The notes beneath the pieces are model-generated. The model was not told the origin of the DNA. It worked only from the letters and a program-made list of their open reading frames with translations, and ran no database searches. The translations under genes and the position numbers were made by a program. A stretch of 64,000 bases of DNA, taken from Craspedostauros australis (taxonomy: Eukaryota). Location of the stretch: the NCBI GenBank assembly GCA_030167865.1, contig JALAGF010005857.1:62001-126000 (forward strand). Direction: 5' to 3'. Shown one piece after another: positions 1 through 10,082 of this stretch (within the stretch, counting starts at the first letter, position 1; each line of letters begins with the position of its first letter).

Positions 1-3000
1 ACGCTTCCGAGTCCCACTAATCCCGGTGATGTCATCCCATGGTGTGTGATCGGCATCGCCCAATGATGCCCATGTCATCAGTATTCTTGCACATTGCTCG
101 AAGGATGTGCCTTCCATCTTGGCAATCGCGTTGGACACAAAAGCTTGGCCGGAGAACGGATCAAAGGAACACACCTCCCATGATGCGACGATGATGCCGT
201 AGCACAATGCTGGGAGATCGCTGCTGCAAAGTACCATCAGGCGTCGAGAAGTGGGATTCTGGACTGGCAAAGACTTCGGTGCGGTACTCCACATTCGTTG
301 GATCATTCCGACCAGGGACTCCAGCAAGGATGGCAGCGTGTCCAATGCCGGGAACTGTTGGACATATGCATGGATCAGCCGGCCTGCGCCATCAATCGTC
401 TTCAGCATGGACGAGACGATTGCGTCGGATAGACCCCCGCTATGATCGTATTGCCCAAGTTCCAAGTCCCTGGAGACTGAAGTCATCAATGACAACACAG
501 CTTTCGGTGATATGCTGCCATGTCTATGCTGCTGTGGATCTGCATGCCCGGCACCGTTCCCAGTCGGCAGCGTGCCGTGGCCTCGTGCGGTGGACTGAAG
601 TCGAGCAAGTTCGCATTGGCTGCAGTGCTGCAATGCGTTGAACAGTTGCTGTCGCAATTGCTGGACCGTGCGCCGGCACATCTGGACCTGATCGTCGCTG
701 GCCATAACACCAGTAGCTGGCCGTGCTGGGTCTGGGCTGTTGCTGAGTCTTGGGGGAAACGATGCCAATGTCGAAGCAAGCCGCGATGCACCTTCCTCGC
801 ATCCAATCACTTTGTAAAGAGCCTGCAATCCACGAAAAACGAGAGGAGCCTGATGAAGATCAATTGACTCTGCCCAGGCCCGATGGCCCCCATTTCCACT
901 CTGAGCTATCGAATTTGCAGTGATGCAGAACTTATCCAGAGTGTACCGAGCAACAGACAGAGCGTCACGAAGCGACGTCGCCGAGGTTGACGGCTGTTGC
1001 ATCATGCAGTGAGTGATCACGGTCGATACAGCCAAGAAGAGCGAACTCACCGACCCCAATGTCTTCGCACCCTGTTTGCTACCAGCACTTGGCGCCATCT
1101 TCTCCCGGAGCCGGATCAGTTGCGCGATGCCGCGAATGGACATCATGAATGGGTTGGATGGGGCTTGTTTTGGAGATACTGGAACGAACAGCAGCTCTGC
1201 GAAGAAGTCGATGATTGCAGGCAGCATGTCTCCGTGTGCTCTCCGCCGGACAACATGGCCACTGCCCAGATAATGATGGAACTGAAGCTGGTTTTCCTTT
1301 GATGATAGGCCGCTGGCCCATGCGTTGACGAGCTCGTCAGCTGTATCCAAATTCAGTCGTTTCAAAGTGGCTGGATTGAAATAGAGAGATGAGTGGTGCT
1401 GAACCGTGGTCTCAGCATGTCTCTTTCCTCGCACATTTGACTGCTGGTGCCCATGCTGACTATCAAGCTGGGTGTTGGTGTGGTCTTGAAGGATAGACAT
1501 GGCGACGAAGAACAGCTCGCAGCTTGCCAGGAATCCCGGCAATGGCCACGAGGCACTATCCATGTCGACTGCCACATTAGCATCGTCATCGAAGATGCCA
1601 TCACTATCTTTTCCTTCGTTCATCCGCCTCGGCGGCGATTCGCTTTCGATAATCCTGCGCAGTAGCTTCTGCCGTTGTTGAGACAGGGTGCCATGCATGA
1701 ATGTGCTGTAGCTGCTGATACAGGCGCTGTAAACCAGCAGGTCAAAGCAAAGGCCAAGGAGCTCCTGAAAATGCTCGTACTGGATGGTCATGGCAGATGC
1801 TGCTTCTGGTACGGTGTTGGTTGAGTGGCCCTGGACTGTTGATGCGACTCTCTCGGGGCGGAATGTTACCTCAGTTGCTGCGTCGTGGTCGAAGAACAGC
1901 ATCAACCGACAGATGCACGCTCTCAGTAGAAAGTCTGCTCCCCGCACGGACGGCGTCGCCTTGTGAATGACGCTTTTTATTGTGGCATAGAGCCACTGTC
2001 GGGTGAGAGAGTCCAAGGCTGGCTGATTGAGAATGATTGACTTCCACAGCAAGTTCGCAGCACTTTGCTCGGGCTTTGACCAAGTCGCACTCTCCAACAG
2101 CATCAACAAGCACAGCAGGCTGTGCTGCTGGGCTGACAGTGTCGAATCTTGTCTTGCGCGCATCCGCTTCTCCATGTTTCTCAGCGAACGGACAGAGCAA
2201 GTGGAAAACGAACGGCATGCATCTTGCAGCATTCGCTCTCGTATGGACGGTATGACCATGAACGATCTGGAAAGGCTCCAGCAAAGGTCTTCTGGTAGAT
2301 ACTGGAAGAGGGAGTTGTATGAGATATTGACGTACTTCGACACATCAATCGGAGTTTCCCGCAATTCGCCGGATGCGAACAAGATTTGTAACACTGTGCA
2401 AGCCTGGCGCTGTGCCTCCGGATCAGCGTTGCTACCGGTTGGGCCGATGCACGTGTCGCTTCCATATCTAGCTTGCATCCCACGACCGCCCGTCGTAAGC
2501 GAGAGGACATAGTCCATCACATCTTTTCGGAGCGCTGGGCAGTCGCAGAACATCACCACGAGCCACACAGCCATCGCAGTTGATCTTTGCCCGGCATGCC
2601 GATGAGTGTGATGGTTGTTCTGATGAGATGGTCGATAGCATTCTTGTCGATATGTATGGCGCGGTATGTCATGTTCCGTCGGCTGTGCGGTGATCATCTT
2701 CAATGCTTGTAGAAAATTCCGAGACCGAGCTGTGCGCGCAAGCACCATGTCTTTGCCTTCGGTCGAATGCGTGTGATGTGGCTCATAGAGCAGAAGCATT
2801 TTGCGCAGGGTGGCGGCGATCTCATTTGCTTGTGATACATGCGTTGCAGTTCGCTCTGTAACCTGCCCTTTCGTGCCACCCACGAATTGACCAGATGCAT
2901 CGTACACCATGCCATCAAGATCGGAGGATTCAGCTTCAACGGTGAATCGCGCTCCTGCTGGTTGCCCTAAATCATCCGATCGAATTGATGAGGTCGTTGT

Positions 3001-4536
3001 ATCGAGCAACTGTCTCACGCATCTGTGCCAGACCTTTTCAAACGAAGATTGTTGTTGTGGTACATTGTCGTTCAGCAGGCTTTGCGTGGAAAGGCTGAGA
3101 TGGTATGCTTGAGGCTGGCACTGTCGGTCACGGTGCTGTGTCTGCTGCATTGATGGTTGTCCAACAGAGATGAGCGTCAAGATGACCAGATTCATTCGTA
3201 TCCATTCGGGGACTTCTGAGCACGCCGATTCTTGATGTGTTTGGAGCCACCCGACGCCGACTGATAGCGGGGCGCCTTGTAGGAATGCTCCAACGCTTGC
3301 CTCCAACTCAAGAAATGCCGGTATGTTTGATTTGCACCTGTTGAAAGCAAATAGAGCCACCTCTCGCATGCTCCGTATCAGCCTTGTGCGTCCCTCTGTG
3401 TCAGCCCTTTCACACGCGCTTGCTGCGATGGATAACCCTGTATCCCACGTGCGGACGATGGTCTCCCCAGTGGCTGCCTTCAAGGTCTCCAAGATCGTCA
3501 CAGCATGGTTGAGTTGGATGTGGTCTTTAAGTTTGATGCACAACCGCATCCACCGCAATGGATTGATCATTCGAGCGCGATGCGAGAAGATGGAGTGGAA
3601 TGCACGATCTGTAATGGTGCGATCGCAGCGATGCCCGATGGACAGAATGCACTGCAGTAGCTTGACGACATCGGACAACATCCCTTGTTTAGCTGTGCTG
3701 CCAGTGCTGCTGATGCTGTGGCTGTTTTCACTGTGATTGTTGTTGTTGATGCTAGTGTCACTCCAATTTTGCTGCGCTGCTTCATCTAGGAGCAGATCAA
3801 TGATCGCTTCTGCCAGCTTTATGATCTGGCCTCTCGGTGTGCCCATGCCTTCGTCTTCGACGTTGTTGGCGTTATTATTCACATTGGCATTGCTAGTGGA
3901 GATCTTCAGTTCGCTCAATGGCTGCGTAGCGCTGGCGCTGACGCGAATGGTCAGATCGCAGTTTGTTGGCGCATGAGGACGATGCGCACCAGTGATGCTT
4001 GTCTGGTCCCAACCCTGCGTCGACTTGCGAAGGAAGAGGATGATACTGCTGAGCACATCCTCGCATCCAGACTGCATCGCGTGCACTGGGTCGTCGAAGA
4101 TGATGCGCATTGACTCCCAAGGTGCACGGTAACATGGTGGGACAGCCAACAGCGCCATGACCAGCCGCTGTGTCCGTTGCTTTTGAGTTTGGTTCGCGTA
4201 CGAGCTTTGTGGCTTCTGCGTCGCACCGCCACGGTCTTCCTTCATCGTTTGCAGCAAATCGTTGACAATCTGTGGTGATGGCAGAAATCGTTCGTGAAGG
4301 GCGATGTTGCGGGAAGCAGTCGTCCCGAGCATATGGTTGATCGACGCATGATCATACCTCTTCGTTGCCTTGATCATCTTGCCAATGAGTTCATCTACCA
4401 TGCTGCGAGCACATCCATGCTGACTGCTGATTTGCTTTCCATGAGATGGCACGGGTGAAGCATTGGTACTGTCAGTCGTCGAGACCAAAGTCGGCACGGA
4501 CGTGACCGTTGACGATTCGTCCATCGTCGCCTCCAT
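1..4536 (-). CDS. Large alpha-helical protein, FANCI-like (partial; 3' end runs off the left window edge)
   Basis: Manual translation of the minus strand is stop-free from ~4806 to 1. In-frame ATGs at 4716, 4536 (MEATMDES) and 4524. It is absent from the ORF track because no stop lies inside the window. Segments WLVVMFCDCPALRKDVMDYVLS, FQYLPEDLCWSLSRSFMVIPSIRERMLQDACRSF and RQWLYATIKSV resemble, in order, conserved FANCI solenoid segments (recalled from memory). The coding call is strong; the family call is tentative. Confidence 0.6.
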   Translation of the reverse strand, partial: MEATMDESSTVTSVPTLVSTTDSTNASPVPSHGKQISSQHGCARSMVDELIGKMIKATKRYDHASINHMLGTTASRNIALHERFLPSPQIVNDLLQTMKEDRGGATQKPQSSYANQTQKQRTQRLVMALLAVPPCYRAPWESMRIIFDDPVHAMQSGCEDVLSSIILFLRKSTQGWDQTSITGAHRPHAPTNCDLTIRVSASATQPLSELKISTSNANVNNNANNVEDEGMGTPRGQIIKLAEAIIDLLLDEAAQQNWSDTSINNNNHSENSHSISSTGSTAKQGMLSDVVKLLQCILSIGHRCDRTITDRAFHSIFSHRARMINPLRWMRLCIKLKDHIQLNHAVTILETLKAATGETIVRTWDTGLSIAASACERADTEGRTRLIRSMREVALFAFNRCKSNIPAFLELEASVGAFLQGAPLSVGVGWLQTHQESACSEVPEWIRMNLVILTLISVGQPSMQQTQHRDRQCQPQAYHLSLSTQSLLNDNVPQQQSSFEKVWHRCVRQLLDTTTSSIRSDDLGQPAGARFTVEAESSDLDGMVYDASGQFVGGTKGQVTERTATHVSQANEIAATLRKMLLLYEPHHTHSTEGKDMVLARTARSRNFLQALKMITAQPTEHDIPRHTYRQECYRPSHQNNHHTHRHAGQRSTAMAVWLVVMFCDCPALRKDVMDYVLSLTTGGRGMQARYGSDTCIGPTGSNADPEAQRQACTVLQILFASGELRETPIDVSKYVNISYNSLFQYLPEDLCWSLSRSFMVIPSIRERMLQDACRSFSTCSVRSLRNMEKRMRARQDSTLSAQQHSLLCLLMLLESATWSKPEQSAANLLWKSIILNQPALDSLTRQWLYATIKSVIHKATPSVRGADFLLRACICRLMLFFDHDAATEVTFRPERVASTVQGHSTNTVPEAASAMTIQYEHFQELLGLCFDLLVYSACISSYSTFMHGTLSQQRQKLLRRIIESESPPRRMNEGKDSDGIFDDDANVAVDMDSASWPLPGFLASCELFFVAMSILQDHTNTQLDSQHGHQQSNVRGKRHAETTVQHHSSLYFNPATLKRLNLDTADELVNAWASGLSSKENQLQFHHYLGSGHVVRRRAHGDMLPAIIDFFAELLFVPVSPKQAPSNPFMMSIRGIAQLIRLREKMAPSAGSKQGAKTLGSVSSLFLAVSTVITHCMMQQPSTSATSLRDALSVARYTLDKFCITANSIAQSGNGGHRAWAESIDLHQAPLVFRGLQALYKVIGCEEGASRLASTLASFPPRLSNSPDPARPATGVMASDDQVQMCRRTVQQLRQQLFNALQHCSQCELARLQSTARGHGTLPTGNGAGHADPQQHRHGSISPKAVLSLMTSVSRDLELGQYDHSGGLSDAIVSSMLKTIDGAGRLIHAYVQQFPALDTLPSLLESLVGMIQRMWSTAPKSLPVQNPTSRRLMVLCSSDLPALCYGIIVASWEVCSFDPFSGQAFVSNAIAKMEGTSFEQCARILMTWASLGDADHTPWDDITGISGTRKR

Positions 4537-4722
4537 TCCGAGCACGCGAACGAAAGCCGCACAACAGAACACTGCTGTATGTTTGGATGTATTGGATGTA
4601 TTGGATGGTGCTTGTTGGAATGAGTTGCTTTGTGTGGTGGGTGTCCCCTCGCTCTTCGAAGATGTTGGTGCGTTTGTTCTGTTGTGTTGCAGAGGACTGT
4701 CGTCTTTTGCTTTCATTTTGTT

Positions 4723-4740
4723 TTTTGGCGCGAGTTTGAA
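4723..4740. promoter_or_regulatory. E2F/CDE-like site next to a CHR-like hexamer (TTTTGGCGCG-AG-TTTGAA)
   Basis: Motif read directly, ~190 bp upstream of ATG 4536. Matches E2F-type TTTSSCGC and CHR TTTGAA consensus. Function is inferred. Confidence 0.3.
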
Positions 4741-5441
4741 TTTAATGAGCGTTAAAGGACGGGTAACATAGTCAACACAACAACAAAACAAAACTGTTGA
4801 TTTTCGTCATCAAAGACCCAAACATATGTTTGCCTATGTCAGTACTATCCTCCAGTTCGATTGTTTCCACCAGCGCTATTCCAGATTCTCGTAGAGTAGG
4901 TCGGAGATCGCCAAGACCTGTGGGACGTACAAGACCCTCCCTGTTCTGTTCGAGCTGCGATGTTACATGCGGAATAGATGTGGCATCTGTTGGTGGCCTA
5001 AAGTGGAGACAGAAGAGATGCTTGGAATGAACGCGTAGTTGATGGCGGCATCAACCCTGTTGTCGTCTGCTTTCTCTTGCTCTCTTCCAATCTCGTTCTG
5101 TCCACGTCGCCCATCCACAATTGCAGGTTATTCGTACCACTCGCACCAGTACACTCATATAACAGTACACGATATGATTGTGTCTAACTTGTGAGTGCAT
5201 CTGCTACTGTCTCCATTGTCGTTGTGTTCAAGTTTAGAGCATGCACTTTTCTAGGTAGATTCGTTGTCCGCAGATTTACCTATTCGATTCAATGGCTCAA
5301 TCCACCCCAGCCCAGGCTGGCCATTCGTGATGTTGACCGACCCTCTCGCCTCTTTGTCAAGGTCGATGTACTTCTACGCACACTCATAAAGAGCACTCTC
5401 CGTGAGAGCAGAGTGGCCTCTCGGAAATCAGATCTCGCCCT

Positions 5442-5888
5442 CTAGCTCGCGGATGGCGATGTCTGCAAGTTCGACATGATGTTGACGGGCGCTGTGCCTC
5501 CGGACTGCTCGATCAACGCAGCCAGCTCCTGTCGCAGCGAGATGTTCTCAGTCGTCAGCGACGAGTTTTCTGTCGTCAGACTCTCGACGGATTCTTGCAG
5601 ATCGGCCAGCAGCTTCTTGCGCCTCTCTCTGCTCTCGCGCGCCGATTTTCGGTTCGCCATGACCCTGCGCAGCTTGCGATCCTCGCGGCGCTTTTCGGGG
5701 TCCAGCTCGATGTCGTCCAGTTCATTGTCGTTGCCTCCATCGCCTGCGTCGGGGCCATCTCCGTCATCCGATCTTCCCATTTCGCTGATGCTGCGCTTGC
5801 TGCCCGTTCTGGAGCGGGAGGCTTCGGGATACTCATCGCCCGTCTTGGAGCCATCCGACACGATCTCTCCGCGTTCGACGTCGCTCAT
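5442..5888 (-). CDS. bZIP transcription factor
   Basis: Basic region RRVMANRKSARESRERRK (N-x7-R) followed by leucine heptads (LQESVESLTTENSSLTTENISLRQEL). First ATG at 5888. No LOV domain, so not an aureochrome. Confidence 0.9.
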   Translation of the reverse strand: MSDVERGEIVSDGSKTGDEYPEASRSRTGSKRSISEMGRSDDGDGPDAGDGGNDNELDDIELDPEKRREDRKLRRVMANRKSARESRERRKKLLADLQESVESLTTENSSLTTENISLRQELAALIEQSGGTAPVNIMSNLQTSPSAS

Positions 5889-7090
5889 GGTCACTGATTC
5901 TGTCTTGCCTCTGTTGATTGTCTCCGTTGGTTGTCTATGCTGGTTACTTCCTTGCGCTGTGTGTCGCTGTGCCTTCCGACTTGATCTGCTGCCGAAGTTG
6001 CGCTGCGTCCTTGTCTGCTCTACTCGTACTACTACTGCTGCTGTTGGCTGTTGGCTGTTGTTGATCTCCCACTTTGTGTCTGGGATCAGTGATGTGTTGT
6101 CTGATCGTTCTCTCTGATGTGTGTGGCTCTTGTTATGTGTGGACCTTGTTGGATGATGACAAGGATGATGTCACGTGGATGGTGGGGCTCTCTGACGCCT
6201 GGGAAGCCAGTTGGGAATCGTGTGAGTGCATTTCTTTGGTGTTGGTGTCCCCACAACTCAAGAGGGAAACGATCATGCATTTCCTCGACCTCAGCACTAA
6301 TTTTAGTACGGGTCGCTGACACGGTGTCATTTCCATCGTCAACAGTGCGAGAAGGGGAGATCTCAGCTGTTCCTTCCAGCTTGCGTCCGTTGTCTCTGTT
6401 GTTTGTCCAACCATTTCTGCCATTTTGACAGCAACCCAACGCTGGTTTGCATGCTTGGAACGTGGTTCTTTGTCAGTCTGTCCTCCCCCACCACACACTG
6501 CTGGACGAACGCACAAAAAGACGCCAACGGCAGAGTCGCGTGATTCTCCATTTGCCCGGACGAACGCGCGAAGAGCGATCACGGCTGTCATCCTTTTTTT
6601 GGGATCGATGATGCCAATAAGCGTCATCCAAAGAAGGCAGAACCGGCCATTCCACGCGCGAGCCTGACATCCACGTACGCAATTTGTTCTCCGGTATTGA
6701 AGTTCGTTGTCTGTTGATGATCTGCTGACCAATCTTGTTGTCGAAAAAGTGGATTGACCAACTCGACCGACGTGTTTACCAACTCCGGGCCTCGTTTGAA
6801 TCTATTGCAACGCGGCTAGACTACACAAGTACGACTACGAACAATGTATCTGGAGGGTACGTCCTGACGCATCATACTCTATCGGTGTGTTTGGTCACCT
6901 ATTATACCATTTTGTACATGCGGGGCGCTGCCCAAGATGCGGTGCCAGAAGATAGCACCTTGCGATGTGTCATACTCTGCTCGGGGATGGTACGTACTCT
7001 GGCATAATACGCTTCTATGTACTGGTAAAGCGCGTGTATGGTGGCGGGGTGCGTGAGTGTTTTCAGGCAATCCCCTGCTCTGCTCCACTA

Positions 7091-9535
7091 TTATTTCATG
7101 GCCGCCTGGGCATCACCTGCAGCAGTACGGACGGGTTCGGTGAGCGATGCAGCTGCGGATTGGATCTGCGCCGGCAGACCCAGCTCGTTGGCCTTGGCCT
7201 TGGCTTCTGGACTGGCCAACACGATGGTGCCCGCGGCCAGGATGGATCTGTTGATGGCCTCCGCTTCGTACGTGCCTGCCGACAGGATCTGCTGGATTGT
7301 GGTGATCATGCTGGTGGCCACCAAGGACGTCATGGGCGCGGCGGCTGCGCTGGAGTGCGCGTAGAAGCTCATGTTGTACAACAGCGTGGCGACCGAGAGA
7401 CGAACGTTCTTGTTGGACGATGCGACGAATCTGGCGGCGCAGTCGGCCGCGTCGCTCAGGCGCATGGAGACTGCCTTGAGAGAGCCGGGGCCTCCACGGA
7501 AGCAGTTTGCGAACAGCCGCAACGTCAGCATGGGCAACGCCACGGCGGGAACGCCCTCCATGCCCTCCGTCTTCTTGGAGAGTGCAACGGCCTTCGTCAG
7601 TATCTGATTCCAAACATCGATGTTCTTGGATTCTGTCGCACTCGGGTGACAGGCCGCCAGGCGAGCAAGATCGAGCGCTGGGAATGCCTTGTCGGGCTCC
7701 AATGAATCCAGCATGTGGCAGATGACAGACAGCTCTTGCTGAGACACCGTCGAAGCATGATATCTGTTGGTGACGGCGAGCGTGGAAAGCAAGGAGTCCA
7801 GGGTGGAGAGGTGGCTGTCGCTGAGCTTACCAAACTCAATGATCTTTGCCTTCATCTTGTCCAGCGTCTTCGATGGGTTGTTGGCAGGCAGCTCGAATGA
7901 GAGGAAGCTCTTGACCGGTATGGTTGTGTATGTCGGCGCGCTGGGTGCCTGCGGTACCGCTGCCATATCGATGGTTTGACCGGGCGTGAAGCCTGCACCT
8001 GACGCAGCACCGCCGGCCGCGGCCGAACTTCCCAGAGTCGGTGTCTGGGCGCCCACTCGTTGCTGGATGTAGTTGGCGATGTCATTGAGATGGTGCTGTG
8101 GCAGCATGTGGGCGTCGATGAAACGCTGAGCCGCGACGAAGGGATTCTCTCCGTTGTTGTATCCGATCTGCAGCTTCGCCACGCCGCCTCCAGTTTGATC
8201 CACCTCGATGGGCAGGACATGATCGTACTGGACGCCATCGATCGTGCCTTGGTCGGACGATGAGCCCATCACCTGCCCAACTTCGATCCATGTCTGCGAT
8301 GCCATGCTCCACTGCGCTGCAATCGCAACGCCACCCTTGTTGAAGACATGGACCTGCCCCTCGGATGTCCCTCTCTGCTGAAAGCTGTTCTCCCACAACG
8401 GCAGCTTGGCGATCTCTTCCGCCGACGGGCCTGACTGCTGCTTGCGCGTCGCCTGTTGCACAGCCTCTGCAAACGCATCTCGTTCCTCCTGCGATGCTAT
8501 GCGGTCTGTGCTCTTCGTGAAGATGCGGAGTGTCCCATCGTCGCAGCACGTGGCGAAATCACCATTCGGCAGGCTCACGGCGTTCCACACGCACGTCGGA
8601 TGCGCGATGACGGTCGGCTCGACGCCCTCCAGCTGATCCCACACAGCGACATGGCCATCCTCGGCAGAAGCCACGATGCCACCGCTCGACGGTCCCTCCA
8701 ACGGCACCACGGACAGCATCATCGGCGGGTGCTGCACCTGCTGGATGAAGGTGAGCGTCGAGAGGCATCCTGCGTCGTTGACGCCTCTGAGCTTGATGGT
8801 TCCGTCGTTGGAGGATGTCATGAGCATGGCAACCTCCGGGATGAAGCTGATGTCTCGGATGGGCCCATCGTGGTCGTTGGCAACCTGGCCGGTGCATCGC
8901 GCCTGACCAGTGGCCGTGTTGATGGTCCACAGACGCACTTGGTGGTCCGAGATCTGGTTGTTCTGCGCCACGCCCGCAGACCCGGTCGCAACACGCACAT
9001 CGGTGGCACTCGCGCCATCATCCACCGGCAATCCCGTCACGCAGACGGAGTTCTCGTGGCCTGGCAAGGTGGCCACCACTGTTCCGGAAGCCACATTCCA
9101 AAGTCTGGCGGTTCCATCCCACGATCCGGAAAGCAGGAAGGTGGAGTCGCCGCCCTTGTTCTGGACCCACGCCAAACTCGTGACGGGCTTCGCATGGCCC
9201 GTCAGCTGCTTCTGCAGCTCGTGCGACGTGGAGTCGAAGACCCGGATGATGCCGTCCTTGCATCCCGTGACGTAGGTGGATCTGGCATCGTCGTTGGATG
9301 CGAGCACGGCCGTGATGGCATGGTTGTGCTGGTACTGGATCTGCTCGAAGGAACGCGAGGGAAGACCGAACTCGACGAGCCCACCGCCCTGATTGCCTGC
9401 GACTATCCGGAAGCAATGGGAGATGTCCGACCCATCGTCCTTGCCGTCCGTCGCTTTGGCTTTCAGAATGCCCGCAGAGCGGACGCCTTGGCCGTCGGAG
9501 ACGAACGATTGCGAGAGCACCCAATCTTGTTCCAT
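7091..9535 (-). CDS. PLAA: Phospholipase A2-activating protein / Doa1-Ufd3 (WD40 + PFU + PUL), Cdc48/p97 cofactor
   Basis: WD40 repeats (LSGSWDGTARLW, GHENSV), PFU domain (YDHVLPIEVD…LQIGYNNGENPFVAAQRFI), PUL domain (FPALDLARL, NKNVRLSVATLLYN). 814 aa, single exon. Confidence 0.95.
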   Translation of the reverse strand: MEQDWVLSQSFVSDGQGVRSAGILKAKATDGKDDGSDISHCFRIVAGNQGGGLVEFGLPSRSFEQIQYQHNHAITAVLASNDDARSTYVTGCKDGIIRVFDSTSHELQKQLTGHAKPVTSLAWVQNKGGDSTFLLSGSWDGTARLWNVASGTVVATLPGHENSVCVTGLPVDDGASATDVRVATGSAGVAQNNQISDHQVRLWTINTATGQARCTGQVANDHDGPIRDISFIPEVAMLMTSSNDGTIKLRGVNDAGCLSTLTFIQQVQHPPMMLSVVPLEGPSSGGIVASAEDGHVAVWDQLEGVEPTVIAHPTCVWNAVSLPNGDFATCCDDGTLRIFTKSTDRIASQEERDAFAEAVQQATRKQQSGPSAEEIAKLPLWENSFQQRGTSEGQVHVFNKGGVAIAAQWSMASQTWIEVGQVMGSSSDQGTIDGVQYDHVLPIEVDQTGGGVAKLQIGYNNGENPFVAAQRFIDAHMLPQHHLNDIANYIQQRVGAQTPTLGSSAAAGGAASGAGFTPGQTIDMAAVPQAPSAPTYTTIPVKSFLSFELPANNPSKTLDKMKAKIIEFGKLSDSHLSTLDSLLSTLAVTNRYHASTVSQQELSVICHMLDSLEPDKAFPALDLARLAACHPSATESKNIDVWNQILTKAVALSKKTEGMEGVPAVALPMLTLRLFANCFRGGPGSLKAVSMRLSDAADCAARFVASSNKNVRLSVATLLYNMSFYAHSSAAAAPMTSLVATSMITTIQQILSAGTYEAEAINRSILAAGTIVLASPEAKAKANELGLPAQIQSAAASLTEPVRTAAGDAQAAMK

Positions 9536-10082
9536 CTTGTCTCGTGCGGGACGAATAACACAATGCCTTTGGATGTTTCAACTTCTGAGAGTGCTGAGTT
9601 GTGTGATAGCGACAGGGCTGAAGCAGCAGCAGGATCCTCAGATGGCACTGATTGTGAGCGTGGTCGGCGGCGACTGTGTTTTCTCTCCGTGCTTTGGCTC
9701 AGTTTCGGTGAGTTGCTTTGGAGGATTCTCATCGATCTGTTTGGAAGAATGATCTGTTGTTGGTCATCGATTCCGCTTGGTCGAATGGTCTGAAACGGAC
9801 GATGGTCGTATGAGTCATATGTGATTCAGAAAACGCGAATGGGAAGTCATTTCCGTGAAACGGAACAAACGCATCAAGTGCGAAGTGTGCGCAACAAGAA
9901 GACGACCGCATGCGACTACCAACACCAGACCAACGAACAAACAGCATCTGCGCTGATGCAACCAGAGACGAAGGCAGACAACAGAGGAAGGAACAAGGAG
10001 CAAGCAGCAAGCAGCAAGCAGCAAGGGCAATCACCCCACAACATCACAAGAATACCAACACCAACCCAGAAACAACGACAAG

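Noticed and set aside
1..4800. Possible non-LTR retrotransposon (long region with only fragmentary track ORFs)
   Set aside because: The minus-strand translation is one continuous helical-looking protein with no RT (YADD), endonuclease or integrase motifs.
4800..5130. Coding-like fragments between the bZIP gene and the long ORF
   Set aside because: Short frames with stops and no recognisable homology; cannot support an exon or pseudogene.
5442..5888. Aureochrome
   Set aside because: bZIP only; no LOV motif (NCRFLQ) downstream.
8456..9793. 445-aa plus-strand ORF (likewise 15738..16955, 30015..31376, 40610..41740, 51315..52226)
   Set aside because: Antisense shadows of real GC3-rich genes; no protein motifs.
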